DNA from: Octopus sinensis
Taxonomy: Eukaryota
Direction: 5' to 3'
Length of the DNA: 64,000 nucleotides
NCBI RefSeq assembly: GCF_006345805.1
Contig: NC_042997.1
Span: 14,632,001-14,696,000 of the forward strand
How positions within the stretch are numbered: position 1 is the stretch's first letter; the number at the start of each line of letters is the position of its first letter. The notes beneath the pieces were generated by a model. That model was not told the origin of the DNA. It searched no databases and saw nothing but the letters and a program-made list of their open reading frames with translations. Below, one piece after another: positions 26,219 through 40,403 of this stretch. Both the position numbers and the translations under genes were made by a program.

Positions 26219-29200
26219 GATGTGTGTATTTTTCCCTTGTTAACAATTAACACAGAAAAAATAGATAAAATAAAGAGGTTGCAACTCCTTGTTTTTAAAG
26301 GTAGAAACTTCAGGTTTACGTGAAATATTTTGTAAAATATATAAATAAATAAATGAAGTTTAACGCAGGTGTAATTCAAATACTTTTACTTCCAACACAT
26401 TTCGAAGATGTCACTGATATTATTCCAAAAGAATAAAGTGGTATAAAACAATGTAATCTCTTCAGGGAAGTGAAAAAATGAAACTCATTAATAAGATATT
26501 TTAACAGAAAATGATGGATATTTGAATTACACCTGCATTAAATTCCATGACTGCATGTGTACTGTTGGCGATTTTGTTTCCTCCGTCTTCCCTTCTCTGG
26601 ATCTTTCCTTTTCCTATGTTTCTGACGAAGAGCTCCACTCGAAACATTAAACCCTCCTTCCTGAGCGTCCAATAATACTATATTTGTTCCACGTCCACGC
26701 GTTGTTGTGTTTTCTCTTTGTGTTTTCATGTTTGGATTAGCTATGTATATTTATATATATATTCAAAATATTACTGAATTTTTAGTCAATATGTGCATAT
26801 ATCTATTTCAGTGACATCAGCCAAAAGTACTTCACAGATATTTATGTCAAACCATACATCAGAATCGGGCCATATCTCATTGGAATTCTCGTTGGCTATC
26901 TTCTATACAAAAATAAATGCAAAATGAGGATGAATCGTGTAAGTGTTACGCTACTCTTTGTACAGACTAGGGGTTTTCAACCAGGGTTCACATGGCCCCT
27001 GAGAGACCATATGAATTTTTGAGGGTCCATGCAACAAAATAGTAAATTATGGATCTACAGTAGTATTTATGGCCTCCTAAAAACTTTGGCTTTAGATGTA
27101 TGTATTGGTATGTATTGCAAGAAACAGCTAGGTTTCTTTCTCTAACATTTTACATAGTTTAACTAACACAAGTTAATGTGCGAAAAAAACAAAATAGCAA
27201 TTTTGGAAAATGTATCTATAAAATTGGTTTTTAAGCATCAAATGGCTATGGGGATCCACCAGAATAAAATTGTAACCAAAGATAAAAAATGGTTGAGAAC
27301 CTTTGTTACAGACTATCAGCAGCAAGCAACTTGCACATGTAAGTGCTACCAGTTGAAAGCTATGCATACCAGAAACCAGCAAGTGTATGGGGTCATCAGG
27401 AGAGAATGTGTACCATTTTGGAGCTTACCACTCGATGGTATCATTGTCCTTGGCGGCAAGCTGGCAGAAACGTTAGCACGCCGGGCGAAATCCTTAGCGG
27501 CATTTCGTCTGCGTTACGTTGTGGGTTCGAATTCCGCCGATTTCGACTTTGCCTTTCATCCCTTTGGGGTCGATAAATTAAGTACCAGTTACGCACTGGG
27601 GTCGATGTAATCAACTTAATACCTATGTCTGTCCTTGTTTGTCCCCTCTGTGTTTAGCCCCTTGTGGGTAATAAAGAAATAGGTATCATTGTCCTTGCCA
27701 CCCTCACTAACATGAAGCCCTGCTTGCTAGATCAATTGGTTATCAAATGTAGCTCAATAATCTTCTAGCCATTGCTCATCATCTCTTTTTAACCAAATCC
27801 AGTAGCTAATTTTTTCTACTGTAGTTTGGATATTGTTCATGGTGGTGTTTACCTAACAATAACAACAGTTGCCTCACACTGTATCCAACGATTCCTATAC
27901 ATCCAACTTCAATTGGGAAATGTTCTGCTTTCCAGCCTGCATTTTCACAAATTTTATATATATATATATATATACACATTTATAAAATCTAAAGAAAACA
28001 GAAAATGGAGAAGTACTGATGAACAACAATTGACTTACATCAATTATTATTCATTAATTTAATGCAAATAGACTGCATCCCATCTAACAACTGCTTCTGT
28101 TCCCAAAGTTTTATGGTATTGCCATTGATATGCATAAATATGCAAAAATATTTATATTTGGTAATAAAACCAATCTGAAACAGAGTGAAGAATAAAGAAA
28201 GAAGATGAGCATAGAAAAATGGAAACCAACTAACTTATATACATACATACATACATACATACATATACACACACACATATATATAACATGTTTCAGGAAC
28301 TGAAACATGTTATAATGTATATATAAAAATTAAAAATTGTATAATACAGCAGCATTTTCGAACTTCATTTTTTACAAATATATATATATATATATATATA
28401 TATGAAAGGACAGGACATTTGGAGCTTTCAATCTTCAGTCGAGAACCAGATCGTCTTTGCAGTTTTGGCCGGTTAATCTTGGGACTACTCTAATCTGGCT
28501 GGCCCCAAGGAAATCTAAGCTAAGAGTACTAGATTCTTTGGAAGAAAGCAAGCGAATGCATACAAAAACAAGGACGAAAAGAAAAAAAAACAGAGAAATG
28601 GTATACAATTACAAATAAAACAACAGGTGTCTTTTGACTAAGAACAAATTAATTAAGCTGGTGTGTATGGAAGGGAAGCTTTATGGCAGGAAGATAGATG
28701 AAAGTCATGGGAAGAAATATGAGAGATGCTGCATAGCTGGTAGTTGAACCAAGAAAGGTCAGGTTTGGCCAAACACCAGTCATGTGGAAGGAGAGGAGAG
28801 AGGTAGTGGATAGAGTGATTGAAGAATTAGGGAGGAATGAGAAAGAGACAAAAAAAAAGGGGGCAGACTGAGTTAAAGGAAAAGGGAAAGTGATGGAGTA
28901 CCAAGAAATGTGAGAGGGGTGAGAGCGAGAAAAAGAAAAGTGGAAGGAACGAAGAAAGTGTGAAAGGGGCTAAAGGAAAGAATAAGAGTCATACAGAATT
29001 TAGATATTTAGATATACATGTATGTACTTACATACAGGAGACCAAAAGAGACTAAAAGTGTATGTACGGTGCTATATATATCTTTATATATAAAAGTGAA
29101 GTTGTGTGTCTGTCTCCTACGATTTAGATTCCTAACTACTCCCACATTTTGCGGTGCAGTTTAACCAAAACCGGGTATCTTATAGTCATGATTCATATCG

Positions 29201-32200
29201 AGCCCTTCTGGGTATTAGCGCGTGTCTACGATGAGTCTACGATTTAAAAAAAAAATTACCATCATTTTTTCACATTTTTAATGCATTTTCGCTCGGTTTA
29301 TATAAGGGAAGTAACTCTCTAAAAATGTATTATTAAATCTCAGAACGTAAAAAGCTACAGTAACACACCCCCTTTGTGGTTAACCATATTGAGATGGCTA
29401 TTATACTTTACATCTCTAAAAATGCTTATATAGTTATTTCCCTTACAAACCCGAGCAACGCCGGGCGATACTGCTAGTGTATATATAAAAAAATCAAAAC
29501 AAAAGAAGGAACAAGAACGTAATAGGCGACAACAAAACATTCGCACAGTAGGTGATACAAAAAAGGACAGAAAAAAACAAGGACGGGACATTCGGAGCTT
29601 TCAGTCTTCAGTTGAGAAGCAGATCATCTTCGCAGTTTCGGCCAGTTAATCTCGAGACTGCTCTAGTCTGGCTGGCACCAAGGAAATCTAAGCTAAGAGT
29701 ACTAGAGTCTTTGGAAATGTCCCATCCTTGTTTTTCCCTGTCCTTTTTTGTATCACCTACTGTCCGAATGTTGTATTGTTGCCTGTTATGATCCTGCTCC
29801 ATTTTTTGTTTTGATTTTTTATATATACATATAGTGCCGTACATACACTTTTGGTCTTTTATATATATATATAATATATATATACTAGCAGTATCGCCCA
29901 GCGTTGCTCGGGTTTGTAAGGGAAATAACTATATAAACATTTTTAGAGAGTTATAGCCAAAAAATAGCAAAAAAATGCATTAAAAATGGAAAAAAAATTA
30001 TGATAAATTTTTTTTAAAATCGTAGACTCATCGTAGACATTTTTAGAGAGTTACTTCCCTTATATAATAGCGAAAAAATGTATTAAAATGGGAAAAAAAA
30101 TGATGGTAATTTTTTTTTTAATCGTAGACTCATTGTAGACGCACGCTAATACCCAGAAGGGCTCAATCTGAATCACGACTATAACCTAATTTGGTTAAAC
30201 TGCACCGCAAAATGTGGGAGTAGTTAGGAATCTAAATCGTAGGAGACAGACACACAACTTCACTTTTATATATAAAGATATATATAAAATATGAATTAGA
30301 GATAAAACCACTATTATGCAACTCAAACAGTGATAGACATAAACCAATACATAAATAGCAAATAATATAACTATAATTAATCAAGTTCATCAGCATCGTT
30401 CAAGCGTGGCAGTTACTAGCATCACCCGACTGGCGTCCGTGTCGGTGACACGTAAAAACACCAACCGATCGTGGCCGTTTGCCAGCCTGCTCTGGCTCCT
30501 GTGCCAGTGGCACGTAAAAAACACCCGCTACACTCACGGAGTGGTTGGCGTTAGGAAGGACATCCAGCTGTAGAAACACTGCCAAATCAGACTAGAGCCT
30601 GCTGCAGCCTCCATGGCTTACCGGACCCCGGTTGTACCGTCCAACCCATGCTAGCATGGAAAACAGACGTTAAATGATGATCATGATGATATATATTCAT
30701 ATGTATTTTATATATTTATACTGTGAAATTTGATTTAATACTAAATTGAATTTTTCCTGTAAGTTTGGAGCTATACTCCCTATCATCATCATCATCATCA
30801 TTTAGCGGCCGTTTTCCATGCTAGCATGGGTTGGACGGTTCAACTGGGGTCTGTGAAGCTGGAAGGCTTCATCAGGCCCAGTCAGATCTGGCAATGTTTC
30901 TACAGCTGGATGCCCTTCCTAACGCCAACCACTCCGTGAGTGTAGTGGGTGCTTTTTACGTGGGTGCACATTTACACTCCCTAATTTACAGAAAAACAAA
31001 AGACGAAGACAGGTGTATAAACAAGTAGGTGTATTAGTTTGATACTAATGTATGTATGTATGTATGTATGTATGTATGTATGTATGTATGTATGTATGTA
31101 TACACAAACACATACATTCATACATATAGTTAATAACAGTTTTACTTAATTGTGGACGTAAGACAGGTCCATCGCATCAGATATTCAGAGCCAGAGTGGA
31201 GAGAATTTCTTTTAAATTATTAAAAATTTATGTAACGCTAACCAAATGTGTTGACAGCTGCTTTCATTCATTTTTTTCAATCATTTATGTGTGTGTATGT
31301 ATATATATATATATATATATATTTGACTTTTTTGCAGTATGTTTGTGCAGTTCTATGGATGATGGCTACAATATCTGCCGTTTCCATTCTCTATGGCTTA
31401 TACAATCTCAATAATGGGTACGCAATGACTCAAGATACAGCATCATTCTATACAACAGCCAATCGCAGTGTATGGGGCCTGTGTGTTGGATGGGTTATTT
31501 ACGCATGTTGCACTGGTTATGGAGGTAAGAATTATTAGTGTTATCATTATTACCAATATTGTTGTTGTTTGATCATTTTTTTTTTATCTTACTTCCTTCT
31601 AGAGTTGATATACAATGCTGCTCTGTACACTTTTAATTTCATTTGATTTTACATCTGTGTTTTTCCATGTTAGAAGAGGTTAGACATATATATTATTGAA
31701 GCATTGTTTTACAGATGTAAACTCTTCTTGTTGTTAACCTATACCTGTTTTTTCTAGTAAAGGGGGTAAAGACCCCCTTCGGTCATGAATGACCATGGGA
31801 TTGCACCTAGAAAGTTACCCTCCTAGACACAAGTCCGGGCAAGGTTGTTTATGGAAGACCAGCAGTCGCCCATGCATACCAGCCTCCCCTCTCCATGCCA
31901 CCAGTGTTATCCAAGGGAAAGACAAAGGTCGATACAGCTTGGCACCAGTGACGTCGCAACTCATTTCTACAGCTGAGTGAACTGGAGCAACGTGAAATAA
32001 AGTGCCTTGCTCAAGAACACAAATGATTTCTTATACCACTTGTCTTTGAAAGTACAAAGACAAGAAGCAATTTGTCAACAGGGGAAATGACAACAACATC
32101 ACCACTTGTAGCTTATCAACATTTGAAGAACTGCAAATGTAAACATACTCAGATACATGCACACATGCACATATATGTAACTCTGTGTGTGTGAGAGAGA

Positions 32201-34909
32201 GAGAGTTTGTATGAATACATGTAAGCATGCAACAAGCTTTTCTATCAATCAAATCTTTTCACAAGTATTTGGTCAGCCTGGGGCAGTAGCAGAAGACACT
32301 TCCCCAAGGTGCAGTGCAGTGGGACTGAACCACAAACTATGTATTGTAAAGTAAACTTCCTACCCACATAGCTCTGCTTGTGCCTGTGCTTGCCATATGT
32401 GCAGCATATTGCTTTTTATGTGTATTTTTTTTTCATTGTCTTCAGAATACTCAGCTTAATAAGTGTGGAATGTTATTTTCTATTTGTTGCATACTCATAC
32501 AAATTATGATGTTGTGGTTATCTATTTATTTTTAATCATTCCCAAGGCATTATTTTATTATGGAGATTGTTTCAGATTTCACTCTTCAACATTTTCAATG
32601 CCTCTGTTTCCAAGTTTCTATATTTGGACAATTTCTCCACTTTATTCAGACATAAAAGGTTATCCATTAGAATTGATATGTCAATTAGGAGACATGATTA
32701 TTCCTAATGGAATTTGACAATAATGAATGGGAAATTTACCCAGAGGTATTAACATGTCCCAAAGAATAGTCACTTCATAATTCCCAGAGATGTTTTGCTC
32801 TCTGTATTTCTATCATCTTTTTTTTTTTATATTTTCTTTTTCTGTCGATATGCCATAAAGCTGACATAGCATCTAGTCATGACTGTTTATGTCATCCTCA
32901 TCATCATTGTCTTCATCATTATTATCATTATCAATATCATCGTCATCAATGTTGTTGCCATCATCATCATCATTTTCGTCATTATTATAATCATCTTTAT
33001 TGTATTCATCATCATCATCGTCGTCATCATTTTAACATCAACTTTTCCAAACTTGCATGGGTCAAGTGGAAATCGTTAAGGCTGATTTTCTACAGCTTGA
33101 TGCCTTTCCTGTTTCCAACCCACATCTGTTTCCAAGCAAGGTAATATTTCCTCAGGGCCATGAATGTTTACATGGAAGATTACAAATGAATGACTTCACT
33201 TGTGTAACACTGAGACTCATTCACAACCACTATGCAATGCCAAGGCAAAGAGACACATGCATGCATGCGTGCATACATACATACATACATACATACATAC
33301 TCTATCTAGATTACAAGTTCAGGTTTATACTTGTAATTATTGGGGCCCTGAGATTTTAACACTGCCTAAATACCAATCTCGAGAAATTAGGCTTCTCAAA
33401 ACCAGAAAGGAGAAAGCTAATTCAAAGACTAGAAATCCAATCCATCAATGGAACTGTAAAGATCTGTAAAATTTTCCAGAAGTTTATCATTTAAAGATAT
33501 AAGAGCATGTCTAGATATGTAACTATATGTATGAGAATACATACATAAAACACAAATCTGCACATACATACATACATACATACATACATACATACATACA
33601 TACATACATACACACAAAAATACCCTGTTGTTGGTGTTGAAATTCCAATGAAGGAACCTTGTATCTTGGTTAGAAACTGGTTCTTTTTCTATTGGAAAGA
33701 AATCTTGCAATAAGCTGAATAATGACATATATACATGCATATACATACATACATACGTGTGTGTGTATCAATCATTATTATCATCATTTAACATCTGTTT
33801 TCCATGCAGACATGGGTTGGACGGTTTGACAGGAGCTGACCAGTTGAAGGGCTGTTCAGCATTCCTGTCTGTTTTGGCATAGTTCCTATGGCTGGATACC
33901 CTTACTAATGCTATATATATATATGTATGTATGCGTGTGTGTATAGATGCATACACACACTCATATATATACATATACATACATACACAGACAGGATAGA
34001 CTTCTTTCAGTTTCCATCAATAAAATTTATTCACAAGGCTTCTGGTTGACCTGAGGCTATAGAAGAAGGCACTTGCCCAAGGTACCACAATGCCAAAGTG
34101 GGGCTGAACCTGTAACCTATGCACTCCATTTAAAACAACATCATTACTGACACAGTGGTCAGTGTGTATCAGTCTCGTTATCAAAACCTTGCTCTTCTTC
34201 AAATTGGTGCCTATGTTAGAAATCTCCATATTCCATTTCCATTAAGACTGGACAGCAGACCCAATGTGATTGATTGTGTTTTCATAGCTGCAAAATATTC
34301 TATAATTACTTTTGAAATTGTGCTCGTTATGTTTTGGGAACCCCTAGTGATTAAGATCTAATTTGTCCCATGATAAAAAAAAAATAATTGTTATCGTTAT
34401 CTTTTATCTTCTACTTATTTCGGTCATTTGGACTGTTGCCATGCTGGGGCTCCATGTTGAAAGGATTTTGTCACACGAATCAACACCAAGTGCTTATTTT
34501 TTTTTTTTTTCAAGTCTGGTAGTTATACTGTCAGTCTCTTTTGCTAAGTTGCAAGGCTATAAACAAACCATACTGGTTGTCAAGCAGTGGTGAAGGAAGG
34601 GACAAACACAAACAAAAAGACATATATCATCATCATCATCATCGTTTAACATCCACCTTCCTTGCTGGAATGGGTTGGACAGTTTGACAGGAGTTGGCCA
34701 AGCAGAAGACTGCACCAGTCTTCTGTGTCTGTTTTGCTGTAGTTTCTACAGTTGGGTGCCCTTCCTAACACCAACCATCCTGCAGAGTGGATTGAGTGCT
34801 TTTTTCATGGCATCAGTACGAGGGAGATCAGTTTTGATATGTGTGTATGTATATATATATATATAGTGACTCTGATAGTTCTGATAGTGACTCAACACCA
34901 TACATACAA

Positions 34910-34981
<72 letters not shown>

Positions 34982-37900
34982 TTACATGCATGTATATACA
35001 GGCCTCCACACAATTTCCATCAGCTAAATTCACTCACAAGGCATTGGTCAGCTCAGGGTTATAGCTGGAGACTCTTGTCTGAAGTGGTGTGCAGTGGGAC
35101 TGAACCTGAAATCGCATGATTGCAAAGCAAGCTTCTTATTCACACAGCCATACCAGCAGCTATAGATTTAATTTATTGCAAGAGCAATGAGCTGGTAGAA
35201 TCGTTAGCACATAAGGCAAAATGTTTAATGGCATTTCTTCCAGTTTTACATACTGAGTTCAAATTCTGTTGAGGTCAACTTTCCCTCTTCATTCTCTCAA
35301 GGTCAATAAAACATGTACCAGTTAGGAACTGGTGTTGATATAACCAACTGGTCAAATTGACTTCCCAAAAATTCAAGTCATGTCCCTATAATAGAAAGAA
35401 TTGTTTAATATTTTGTCATTCATTTTATGTGGTCTTGTTTGTTTTTTCATGCTTTCCCATATTGTTATCATCAATATTTAATGTTGGCTCTGATCCCACA
35501 GCTGAAACAATTTAATCACACATTTTCCTGTGTGCGTATATAGATGTGCATGTGTGTGTGTGTGTTTCCTACTAATTTATAATGGCGATTACCAACAGCT
35601 ACTATTACTACTACTTAAACACTTCACTCCCTAAGGAGTGCGTGTGTTTCCTACTAATTTATAATGGTGATTACCAACAGCTACTATTACTACTACTTAA
35701 ACACTTCCACTCCCTAAGGAGTATAGGCCATCAATGACAATTCTTCATTTTTCTCAACTTGAGGGAAGGCCTTCCTCTCCCAGGTTGTTGGTTTTGAATT
35801 GCTATCAATGCTTCTGTAACTTTCGTTTTTCCTAGGCAAGACGTGACCTGTGAATGAATCAAATTAACAATTCAGTAGGTGATTCTCATAAGCCATCAGA
35901 GTATTCAAGAACTTGGCAGCAAAGATGTTTTCCTTTCCAAAACATATAAGAACAAGTCAGCTTCATAAATACCATTTCTCTCTTACCTATGCAATCCTAT
36001 TTTTGCCCTATGGAAAGAGGTGATCCATATTAATCTGGACTTTATTCTTTGAACTATCCAGCTTGGGTGGCCCTACCAAGAGGTTTTGCACTGCTGGCAT
36101 AACTTTCAGGGACACCGAGGCATAAAAGCTACTGCCCCACACCTAGAACTTGACCTAGTGATGGATAAAGGTGGCTCATGTTTTTCAAAGAACATTTTAG
36201 CCTAACTACTGCAAAAAAACATTTTTCTATTTGTGTACAAAATCCATTTTTCATTGCAAGTTACAATACAGTTGAGAAATGGATCAGTCTGGTTACAGAG
36301 AAGAAGCAAGGAGCAAATTTCATATCTGCGCATTTTCTGATTTTCATTCAAATCGTGTGATACCCATTTGTTGAGCTTTTTTTTTATTTTCTGATTGCAT
36401 GAAAATGGTTGCAGGCAGTTTTCTGGCTAGTTCTTTTGCCAGTTCATGAGTGGTTTACATGGATTTTGCTCAATGACGATCTTTAATTGGCTGTCATCAA
36501 TGACAGATGGGCGTCGTCTATGCTCACAATCTTCAAGGCTCAGGTCTCCACTGCAAAATCATTTAAACCATTTTCAAGCTGACCATTCACTGCTCATTTC
36601 CTCACCAAACGTTTCGGTGATATTGCGAGCAGTTTCAACTGTTTTACGTCCTTTTTTGAAGTTGAATAGCAAAATAGCTCAAATATCACACTTTGACAGT
36701 TCCATTTCAGATGATTGTAACAACAGTGAAAATAGAAACCAGTGTTAATTTGGGCAAGTCTATGTCTGTATTATCAGACAATTTTTTTTTAAATGTTTAA
36801 AAAAAATTCAAAACACTGCAAAAATCTGGTACAAATTCTTCATGGTTGAAAACGTTGCTTACTTTTTACTCAACTTGATAGATCATCTAATAAATCTTTT
36901 AATTTAGGGAATTTGAAAATGCTTCACATTGTAAAATGTCATAACACATCGACATCCCTCTCATCACCCCCATATCTTCCCCCACTTTGTTCCTGAGAGT
37001 CAACTCACCTGTTCTTTTTGTTAAGTTTCCATACTTTTAACTGGATTAGAAATTTTTGTCTCAGTTGTTCAGAGATAGTGAACAGCTCAGAGATTATAGC
37101 ACTCAGATGATTGTCTATTTCAGTTAGAGCAGTGTTTCACAACTATTTTGCTGACCTATGGAACCCTTTGATTCCTATTATATTTGGATGGACCCTCATA
37201 GCTATCTAATGCTAAAAAAAAATTTATAATTAAACATTCTTATGAATTATTTAGAAAAATTTAAATATTTTGTATTGTAGAAGAATAACCAGTTTATTGC
37301 ACATAAATCTCACCAATAAAATCTTATATGGATCCCCAAGAGTCATACAGACCCCAGTTAAGAACCACTGGTTTTGAGCACAGTGCCAGCTCTGGTCAGT
37401 CCTGATAGAATTTGAACACAGAATAAAGTGAGGAATGAAACAAAATGCTGCAGACACTCAGTCTAGGTTCTTGCATACCTGATAGTAAACATATGACTTA
37501 TTTATAATATTGGGTTGTCCGGAAAGTTCATGCTGATTTTTAAAGGAAAGAAAAAGGTCAATAAATACTTGCCATTACATTTTTAATCAACCAAATATGA
37601 ACCATTTTGTTGCACAATGCGTCTCCATCTTTCCTTTAACTTGAAAATACCCTCTTCCCAGAATTGAGGTGGTTTCATGGCAAAGAATTCATCAAGGTAT
37701 CTTTTTACATCATCCAAGGAATTGAAATTTTTACCATTTAGGCTATTCTGCAGAGACCTGAATAAGTGGAAATCCGAAGGAGCAATAACTGATGAATATG
37801 GAGGGTTGGGTAACACATCCCAGCCAAGCTGCAGCAATTTTTGTCTGGTTCCCAAAGCATCAAGTGCCGAAAATGAACTTTCTTCTCTTCCATTTTAAAG

Positions 37901-39207
37901 GATTACAGAATTAATACAGGTTATAGGAACATAAACCTTCTTCCACAAAAAGATAGCTTAAACTGTGCTCTAAATGGAGGTGTAGTCAAATCCTATTTTA
38001 TGGACTCAACCATGTTCTAAAATAAGTCGAAAGGTAAGCTACTATAAATTGGCACGAACTTTCTGGACAACCCAATATTATCATCATTCTTGTTATTGGT
38101 ATTCCTATTGTTGATTGCCAATTTTATTATTTTTTTCCTTCTTTCTTTTTTTTTATTTTGGACAAAAAAATATTTTCTATAAATAATTTCAATGGAATTA
38201 TTGATTTTTTTTCTTATTTCATTTCAGGTTATGTGAACACTATCTTGTCATGGAAAGCACTCATCCCCCTCAGCCGTTTGACATATTGTGCTTATCTGGT
38301 GCATCCAATTATGATGTATTACTTTTATCTCAACCAACGCTATTCTCTCCACCTGACATATGTTTTAGCTGTGAGTACATAAATATGTTCATCTTCTCAA
38401 ATAACAATAATAGCTAGGAAGATTCTGCAGGATCATTCACCAAACTAGAAGCAACAGCCAAATTTCCCTCAAACCACTCACTACCATTTAGAAAAAAGTT
38501 AAGAACTCATTGGATAATGTAATCCTAACTAAGTGGTTTTAAATTTGGGCACAGGACCAGCAGTTTTTGAGGAGAGTGGGGAAGTCAGTTGACTGGTACT
38601 TCTTTAAGGACTCCAAAAGAATGAAAGGTGAAGTTGACCTTGTCAGAATTTGAGCTCAGAACCAAAAGGCAGACAAAATACCATTAAGCATTTTGTCTGG
38701 CCTGCTAACTGTTCTACCAGCTCATTACTTTTAATTCTAACTAAATAAGATGGATTATCACAACTAGAATGATTTTGATCACTTGTTTGCTCATTTAGAG
38801 TTGATCTGAGCCGAAACAATACCAACAATAGTAAAGGTGAGCCTATTTCAGAGATTCTGTGCAGTAGCTCAAATGGCTAAAAATAGCAGATACATATTAC
38901 TCATACATATTACAATCTTATTGGACACAATGCTCAGGGGCACTACAACTCATCAGAAAAGTTTAAAAGAGGGGACTGAGAGTAGATATACCAATCAAGT
39001 AAAGAAAGGCAGTAATGAAAGCTAGAAGTACATAGAATTAAACACAAAAATAGAAAAAAGTGAATATTAAGTGTCCTAAAAAATAAGGTTGAACATGCGT
39101 ATTGGGAGTAGTGCAGGTGAATTTCTGGAAGCATTGAAATTTTGAAAGATGACTTGCTTCAACCATTCTGAGCATGAAAAATTTTCTAGAAGTCACGGCT
39201 GTGCTGG

Positions 39208-39238
<31 letters not shown>

Positions 39239-40354
39239 GATTAGCATGACCATGAGTGGTAGAGGTACTGAATTTAAAGAGATGGTGAATGTTATTGTTG
39301 GAAAGATGATGGATAATATTGTGGGCTTCTACCAAGTCAGCTGCAAGCTGTTTCAGAAAAGACATTTTGAATATATATATTAGTCAATCAGATCAACTCT
39401 AGTTCTTGACTACTAGTTAGTTTATTGACTCTAGGAGGCGTAAAAGCAAAGCTGACCTTAGTGGAATTTAGATTCAGAACATAAGAATGTGTAACTAAAT
39501 ATCATGAGTGAATGAGGGAGCCTCAAAACCAATGGTTCTCAACCTTTTTAAAATCAGGGCCAGATTCAAAACCTGGATTTTGTTTTAGGGGCTGCACAAA
39601 AAAATAAATAAAACAAGTCAATTAAAGAAAAAATTATTATATTTATAAAAGGAAGACTGTCAGGGGCCACTGGAAAGATGCTTGAGGGCTGTATGTGGCC
39701 CTGGGAGCCATTGTAGAGAACTGCTGCTCTAGACAGTCACTTAACTTGCAAAAAATAGCAGTTAAATTTCTTCCAAATAACATGCTATAATCTAAAAAAA
39801 AAGATACATTGGGTACTATACTCTTTTACTTGTTTCAGTCATTTGACTGTGGCCATGCTGGAGCACCACCTTTAGTTGAATAAATTGACCCCAGGACTTA
39901 TTCTTTCTAAAACATTAAAAGGACATACTTTTAATGTTTTATAATTTCAAACTTTCCACTGGACTCAATGTTGTAACTTGTGAATTTTATTCCCTTGTAT
40001 CTTATCGTGTGAATTAATAATTGATGCTTTATATTTTGCCTGCATATTTTTATATATTATGAATATTTTAAAATATTTTTAAATACCTAAGTTTTTATCT
40101 TATATAATATCGACGTTTTTTATATCTATTTATGTGTTTATATATTTTTAAATGCCTACGTATTTTTAAATATTTTAAAATGGTTGTGTGTTTTTAAATA
40201 TTAAATATTTATATACTTGTATGTTTTTAATACTAATATTATCTTGAACTTTATATTGATTTATTAATGTCGAAAGTACACATATATATTGAATATTCTA
40301 TTGGATAATAGGTCATGTTCCTCTAGTTTTCCACTGGTATTGCCTCCATTCAAA

Positions 40355-40403
<49 letters not shown>

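Noticed and set aside
27176-27610. 144-aa ORF
   Set aside because: A chance frame running through a MITE end, unique DNA and a SINE head.
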